Shown here: positions 58,632-64,000 of the stretch, piece after piece
How positions within the stretch are numbered: position 1 is the first letter of the stretch
Layout of the letters: every line of letters starts with the position of its first letter
Source: Candidatus Falkowbacteria bacterium RIFOXYD12_FULL_34_57
GTDB taxonomy: Bacteria; Patescibacteriota; Patescibacteriia; Patescibacteriales; UBA12075
Direction: 5' to 3'
DNA: 64,000 nucleotides
Assembly (NCBI GenBank): GCA_001780285.1
Contig: MFGN01000005.1
Coordinates: 10,200-74,199 of the forward strand
Notes under the pieces: generated by a model
Seen by the model: the letters and a program-made list of their open reading frames with translations, nothing else
Told to the model about the DNA's origin: nothing
Databases searched by the model: none
Position numbers and translations under genes: made by a program

Positions 58632-58935
58632 ACCTTCGGACGAAACCTTAGGTGTAACCTCTTATCGTAATTATATTATAATTATAGCATAATTATATAT
58701 ATAATGTCTCAAGGGGTATAAAATCCAAAAGGCATCGGAGTAGGAACGTATCACTACTCGTAGCCTTTTATCGTGATTAGTTATATTATAACAAGAAATA
58801 AAAATGTTAAGGGGAAATAGAAAAAAGAAGAAAAAAGATTTACGATTTAGGATTTACGATTTAAGAAGGATGTTTTATATTAGTTTTTTTAAATTGTAAA
58901 TCTTACATCTTAAATCCATAATTTGAAAATTATAT

Positions 58936-61900
58936 ATGAAAAAGAAATACAATGCACAACAAAAGGAAGCTATTGAACATGATGACGGGACGGCTTTGAT
59001 CGTGGCCGGAGCGGGAACGGGCAAAACGACAGTGCTGATCGGGCGCTTGCAGCATTTAATTGAAAAAAAGCTGGCCGGTACGGATGAAATATTATTATTG
59101 ACTTTTACGGAGAAGGCCGCCGGCGAGATGTATGATCGCGCCGTGGAAATACTTCCTTACGGTTATGTTGATCTGTGGATTAATACTTTTCATGGATTCT
59201 GCGAACGCCTTTTGCGCGAACATGCGCTGGATATCGGACTGGATCCTTCGTTTAAACTTGTCAATGATACTGAACAATGGATTTTGATAAAAAAGAATCT
59301 GGATAAGTTTAATTTGGATTATTACCGGCCCTTGGGCAATCCCAATAAATTCATATTTGAGTTGGTCAAGCATTTTTCACGCCTGAAGGATGAATACATT
59401 GAACCGAAGGAGTATTTACAATTTGTTGAAAATTTAATACAGGGTGGAGATCAAATGTTAAGTGGAAGACAAATTACTAGTCATAGGTCTATAAAGTTGA
59501 AAGTTGAAAGTAAGAATGTCATTCTGAATGAAGCAAAGCGTAATGAAGAATCTCGTGAAGTAAAAGTTAAAGATAATAGCACGGGATCCTTCTCCGCCCA
59601 GTTGGCGGATCAGGATGACATGAGCAGCCAAGAACTTTCTCGTTTAGAAGAATTGGCAAATGCTTATCATGCTTATAACAAATTATTACTTGATAATGGA
59701 TATCTGGATTTTGGCGATCTGATCAATTATTGTATTAAGTTATTTCAAGAACGACCAAACATATTAAAATATTATCAGGAAAAGTTTAAATATATTATGG
59801 TGGATGAGTTTCAGGATACTAACTGGTCACAGTATGAGCTACTAAAGCAGCTAGTTAAAAGTCATCCGCCCGAGGCGGATCAATCAAAAAACAACAAAGA
59901 GTTGTTGATTGAAAAGTCCATAAAGTCAAAAGTAAACAAGAAAAAAATCGAAAATCGAAAATCGAAAATCGAAAATTCGAACTTGATGGTCGTTGGGGAT
60001 GATGATCAGGCTATTTATAAATTTCGGGGGGCATCTCTTTCTAATATTATGCAATTCAAAGAAGATTATCCGGACGCCAAAGAGATTGTGCTTATGAAAA
60101 ATTACCGTTCCGGGCAGAATATTCTGGATAAGGCTTATAATTTTATCAAGCATAATAATCCCAACAGGCTGGAAGTCAAATTAAATATCGATAAGCAGAT
60201 AAAATCCCAGATTAAAGAAAAGGGTAGTGTAGAACATATGGTTTTTAGTCAAAAGAGCGAAGAATCTGTGTGGGTAGCAGAGCAGATTATGAATATGAGA
60301 GAAAATAATCCGGAATTAAAATGGTCGGATTTTGCCATATTGGTACGGGCCAATAACACGGCGCAGGAATTTGTGGATGAGTTAAAGAGAAAAAATATTC
60401 CATGCCTGTTTTATTCTATGCGCGGACTTTATTATAAGCCGATTATTATGGATGTACTGGCTTATTTCAAGCTTTTGGATAATTATCACGAATCCAGCGC
60501 CCTTTTCCGCGTATTGAATATGGAAGCATTCAAAGTGGGGCATGCGGATATTATAAATATTAATAAATTTGCCCGCAAAAAGGTGTGGTCGCTTTTTGAA
60601 GCCCTGCAGCATATCAATGCCATACCGGATGTGAGCGCGGAAGCCGTATCAAATATTAATAAATTATTGGATTTAATTCGCAAACATTCTCTTTCGGCGC
60701 AAAACCAGAAACCTTCGCAAGTCTTTGCTAAATTTGTGTGGGATGCCGAACTCAACAAAAAAGATTTTGACGCGGAACAGGAGTATTATAGCTATCTTAA
60801 TCAATTTTATAAGAAAATCAAATCATTTGAAGAAAATGAGGCTGATGCGCGCGTAAAAGATTTTATGGAGTATATGGAAATGGAGCTGGAATCTGGCGAA
60901 ACCGGCGCACTTCGTTTAGATTTTGAAGATGATGATGTGGTCAGGGTGATGACCGTGCACGGCTCCAAGGGGCTTGAATTTGATACTATATTCTTAGTCG
61001 ATTTGGTAGATAAAAGATTTCCCACTGTTAATCGCAGTGAAAAAATATCCATTCCCGACGCGCTGGTGCGGGAAAAATTGCCGGAAGAAGGGGACGCGCA
61101 TATTGAAGAAGAGCGCCGTTTGTTTTACGTAGCTTTGACCCGAGCCAAGAATAATTTATTTTTGACCAGCGCGCGGGATTACGGCGGAGCGCGGGATAAG
61201 AAGCCATCACCGTTTATTTCCGAAGCCCTTTTAAATTCTCCCCTTGAGGGGAGTACCCCGGAGGGGGGAGGGGTGTTACGGTCACCAAAAGAAAAAACGT
61301 TGAATAGGGATAGTGATGATAACACACTCCCCGCTACCGCGGACCCCTCTCGAAAGGGGAATCATAAAAATAAATACGAATTAATGCGTGATTTGGAATT
61401 GATTAATCAACCTGTTGTAAAAAAAGAGTGTACATATAAAATCCCGAAAAATTTTTCTTTTTCGCAAATTGAGGCTTTTTCCAATTGCCCCTTGCAATAT
61501 AAATTTAATTTTATTTTAAAAATTCCGGTTTTAACAAAGGACGCTTTTATTTACGGCCGGGTAATGCATAATACTTTAAAAGATTTTTTAGCGCCCTTGG
61601 AGTCTACTGCCTCTATTCAACCCGATCTTTTTGCTTCTGTTGAAAATAAAAATGTCATTCTGAATGAAGCGAAGCGAAATGAAGAATCTCGCGAAAGTCG
61701 GAATGGCGACGGGATTCTTCGCTGCGCTCAGAATGACAATTATAAGAATAAGTTGGCCCAAAAGAATTTAAAAGAAGCATATGAGAAGCACTGGCAGAAT
61801 GACGGATATGAATCAAAAGAAACCAGGGAGAAATACAAAAAGAAAGGGTGGCGGGAATTAAAAATGTTTTATGAATATTTGGAGAAAGAGGGATGGCCCG

Positions 61901-62301
61901 AGGTATTATTCTTAGAAAAAGTATTTTCGTTTAAATTGGGAGATTATTTTTTTCGAGGGGCGATCGATCGTGTAGACAGGCTTCCTGATGGCAGCGTAGA
62001 AGTAATGGATTATAAAACCGGCAATGCTAAAGAAAAATTAACATATCAACAAAAAAGGCAATTGATTTTATATAAAATAGTTTTAGAAGAGGCGTTTGGA
62101 TTAAAAGTATCTAAGTTGTCGTTTTATTATTTGGAAAATGGTACAAAAGCCTCTTTTAAGTCTACTGTAAAACAAGAAGAGAAGTTAAAAGAGGAGATTA
62201 ATGAGGTGATAGAAGAGATAAAGAAGTGTGAGTTTTTGCCAAAACCGTCGATGCTTTGCTCGTTCTGCGATTTTAATAGTATTTGCGAGTTTAGACAATA
62301 G
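58936..62301 (+). CDS. UvrD/PcrA-like superfamily-1 helicase fused to a C-terminal PD-(D/E)XK (Cas4/AddB-type, Cys-cluster) nuclease domain
   Basis: AGAGTGKTTVL (Walker A), DEFQDTN, VGDDDQAIYKFRGA, TVHGSKGLEFD, RRLFYVALTRAK. C-terminal CPLQYKF ... GAIDRVDRL...VEVMDYKTG ... CSFCDFNSIC. Several repeat-derived in-frame insertions. Confidence 0.85.
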   Translation: MKKKYNAQQKEAIEHDDGTALIVAGAGTGKTTVLIGRLQHLIEKKLAGTDEILLLTFTEKAAGEMYDRAVEILPYGYVDLWINTFHGFCERLLREHALDIGLDPSFKLVNDTEQWILIKKNLDKFNLDYYRPLGNPNKFIFELVKHFSRLKDEYIEPKEYLQFVENLIQGGDQMLSGRQITSHRSIKLKVESKNVILNEAKRNEESREVKVKDNSTGSFSAQLADQDDMSSQELSRLEELANAYHAYNKLLLDNGYLDFGDLINYCIKLFQERPNILKYYQEKFKYIMVDEFQDTNWSQYELLKQLVKSHPPEADQSKNNKELLIEKSIKSKVNKKKIENRKSKIENSNLMVVGDDDQAIYKFRGASLSNIMQFKEDYPDAKEIVLMKNYRSGQNILDKAYNFIKHNNPNRLEVKLNIDKQIKSQIKEKGSVEHMVFSQKSEESVWVAEQIMNMRENNPELKWSDFAILVRANNTAQEFVDELKRKNIPCLFYSMRGLYYKPIIMDVLAYFKLLDNYHESSALFRVLNMEAFKVGHADIININKFARKKVWSLFEALQHINAIPDVSAEAVSNINKLLDLIRKHSLSAQNQKPSQVFAKFVWDAELNKKDFDAEQEYYSYLNQFYKKIKSFEENEADARVKDFMEYMEMELESGETGALRLDFEDDDVVRVMTVHGSKGLEFDTIFLVDLVDKRFPTVNRSEKISIPDALVREKLPEEGDAHIEEERRLFYVALTRAKNNLFLTSARDYGGARDKKPSPFISEALLNSPLEGSTPEGGGVLRSPKEKTLNRDSDDNTLPATADPSRKGNHKNKYELMRDLELINQPVVKKECTYKIPKNFSFSQIEAFSNCPLQYKFNFILKIPVLTKDAFIYGRVMHNTLKDFLAPLESTASIQPDLFASVENKNVILNEAKRNEESRESRNGDGILRCAQNDNYKNKLAQKNLKEAYEKHWQNDGYESKETREKYKKKGWRELKMFYEYLEKEGWPEVLFLEKVFSFKLGDYFFRGAIDRVDRLPDGSVEVMDYKTGNAKEKLTYQQKRQLILYKIVLEEAFGLKVSKLSFYYLENGTKASFKSTVKQEEKLKEEINEVIEEIKKCEFLPKPSMLCSFCDFNSICEFRQ
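59944..59971 (+). repeat. (AAAATCG)x4 heptanucleotide repeat inside the helicase CDS
   Basis: Four perfect units plus one variant, translated KIENRKSKIENS. Lies between helicase motifs II and III. Confidence 0.9.
61238..61359. repeat. ~125-nt palindromic element, copy E5 (in frame in the helicase CDS)
   Basis: ctccccttgaggggagtaccccggaggggggaggggtg...aacacactccccgctaccgcggacccctctcgaaagggg. Confidence 0.85.
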
Positions 62302-62427
62302 TATTACGGCATGGATTCCGGATAAGTATTCCGCTATCTCTCCATACTTTCCAGGATGACAGAGGGAATAAATTTTTAAAATTAAAACATTAGAGTTTAT
62401 TTAAAAATTAAAAATTTATAAAATTAT

Positions 62428-64000
62428 ATGAAATTAAAAACATTATTTAAAACTTTAATTTTACTTTGTTGTTTTGTATTTGTTTTATTTTTAGGATTTA
62501 ATAAGCCTTGTGTTAATGTTTGGGCGCAAACTAGTCCGGACGCTATTGCGGTAAGAGTGGTGCCAAATCCTAATCATTACAGCGCTAAAAATTGGTACAA
62601 GAAGCAGGGATTCACTGGTTCTCCGCAATCTATTATTGTTGATGACTATGAAGGTGTGCGTGAAGGCCGGACAGTTTATGTAAATGCCGCCAATGTAGAC
62701 GACAAAGGAACGGCAAATCCGGCAGATGATGAATTATTTACAAATATTTATTTAATTTCATATAATCAATCGGCAGAAAATGTGACTCGCGATATTTTCG
62801 GACAGATGCTGTCTCATTGGAAATTCAACACCAATTTAACCATCGTTAATACCTGCAATAAAAGTACTAACCTTTTTTGTTTAATAGATTCAGATTGTCC
62901 TAAAAGCGAGTATTGTTTAAGTCAGAAGGCAAAAGTGATTCGAGATACCAGAAGGCTGGCTGATTTAAATAGTATTAATGGGCTGGCGAAAAAATATTAT
63001 GAAACAAGAAAAAGCTATCCCCGCCTTCAAGCCGGTACATATCTACCGGGAATATCTATTTCGGCGTGGCCCAGTTGGCAGAAAAACTTGGCGCAAGAAT
63101 TGGGTGAGTTATTGCCGTTTGATCCGGTTAACAAACTAGGTCCTTGCGGAAGCATTAGTTTTAATGAAACCACCTGCTGGGATGAGCAAGCAAAGCGTTT
63201 TGCTGATCCAATCCCCTTTAATAATCAGTTTGATCTGCCTGCGGATAGTTATGTTTATGTATATAAAGGCGAGGTAGACGGCTCTGCTTATGATCTTTGT
63301 GCTGTAATGGAATCAGGATTGATTGGCGCTTCCGGAGGAGCATGTTCTTCATCGGTGCTTACCAACAACCCTCCGGAATTTATAGATTATTATCTGCCGG
63401 TAACATATATTAACACCCCGTTTGAAGGATTTATTAAAATTCATGATCAGGACGGAGATCCTTTGATATGGAGAACTATACCGGCTGCGCTTCCTATCTG
63501 GGGCGGATGGACAGGGCCTATTGCCATAGAGCCGACCGCGACCCTGAATCATCTCCGTGTCTTTAATGACCAAGGAAGTAGTGCAATAGGTCAATTTTCT
63601 TTTACCCTTGAAATTGATGACAGTCGAGGTGGGGTGGTTTCTAAAATTTTTACAATTACCATGATAGTAGCTCCGCCAAAATTAAGTTTTAGCAACTTAG
63701 TTTACGAAGCAAGCTCCACAAATCCTTTGTATTTTAATATTAGAGTAAGCGACAATCCTGCCAGTTTTCCGTTAACTTATACGCTTAATTCAGGGGTTAT
63801 ACCACTGGGACTTACAGATCCGCCTATTTTTGTACAAGCCGGAGCAAACTATTATAATTTTACAATATCCGGAATAATAGACACTTCTGTCGCAATCCCC
63901 GTAACAACAGATTATCAATATCAAGCTACATTTACTAATAATCCGGGCGGATTTGTTGATACCGGTTTTGTGATTACTGTTGTAAATGATGCTCCGATAA
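62428..64000 (+). CDS. Secreted protein with Ig-like/cadherin-like repeats, partial (runs off right edge)
   Basis: ATG at 62428, signal peptide MKLKTLFKTLILLCCFVFVLFLG, frame open to position 64000. Repeats of the type PPEFIDYYLPVTYINTPFEGFIKIHDQDGDPL and APPKLSFSNLVYEASSTNPLYFNIRVSDNP. Absent from the ORF track because there is no stop in the window. Confidence 0.7.
   Translation, partial: MKLKTLFKTLILLCCFVFVLFLGFNKPCVNVWAQTSPDAIAVRVVPNPNHYSAKNWYKKQGFTGSPQSIIVDDYEGVREGRTVYVNAANVDDKGTANPADDELFTNIYLISYNQSAENVTRDIFGQMLSHWKFNTNLTIVNTCNKSTNLFCLIDSDCPKSEYCLSQKAKVIRDTRRLADLNSINGLAKKYYETRKSYPRLQAGTYLPGISISAWPSWQKNLAQELGELLPFDPVNKLGPCGSISFNETTCWDEQAKRFADPIPFNNQFDLPADSYVYVYKGEVDGSAYDLCAVMESGLIGASGGACSSSVLTNNPPEFIDYYLPVTYINTPFEGFIKIHDQDGDPLIWRTIPAALPIWGGWTGPIAIEPTATLNHLRVFNDQGSSAIGQFSFTLEIDDSRGGVVSKIFTITMIVAPPKLSFSNLVYEASSTNPLYFNIRVSDNPASFPLTYTLNSGVIPLGLTDPPIFVQAGANYYNFTISGIIDTSVAIPVTTDYQYQATFTNNPGGFVDTGFVITVVNDAPI

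Overview
AT-rich segment with almost every gene on the + strand. Gene content looks like a Candidate Phyla Radiation (Patescibacteria-type) genome; that assignment is inference from content, not a search result. No rRNA, tRNA or CRISPR array was recognised.

Layout:
- 0-5 kb: ordinary genes, namely an isochorismatase-like fragment, rmuC, a nucleotidyltransferase-like ORF and an O-antigen-ligase-like membrane protein.
- 5.3-37.8 kb: a block of very large secreted or surface proteins. These are a 641-aa Fn3 protein, a 1177-aa fibre-like protein, a 5328-aa modular giant and two ~1700-aa DUF2341/LamG/lectin proteins.
- 37.6-47.9 kb: an accessory island.
- 48-64 kb: a TSP3-repeat protein, an M16 peptidase, a 2106-aa FG-GAP protein, a UvrD-like helicase-nuclease and a partial Ig-like surface protein.

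Main system: a complete diversity-generating retroelement (DGR).
- VR1 is the last 188 nt of the 1728-aa LamG protein. It is followed by an Avd-like four-helix-bundle gene, a 188-nt TR and a DGR-clade reverse transcriptase.
- A second VR lies 8.8 kb downstream in a 411-aa secreted protein.
- All 22 TR/VR differences sit at TR adenines.

Unusual details of the DGR:
- The RT is split by a frameshift exactly at a (GA)14 tract.
- An AbiEi/AbiEii toxin-antitoxin pair lies between duplicated copies of the RT 3-prime end.
- The VR-avd junction is duplicated, with a truncated avd, at the second target.

The island also holds two DUF4143 ATPases, a beta-helix protein, decayed four-helix-bundle genes inside inverted-repeat cassettes, and an IS200-like/RAYT gene with REP-like hairpins.

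Window-wide, several families of short palindromic elements and heptanucleotide tandem repeats are embedded in frame inside coding sequences. One is a ~125-nt hairpin element with five copies. Another is a 48-nt element read in two different frames in two genes.
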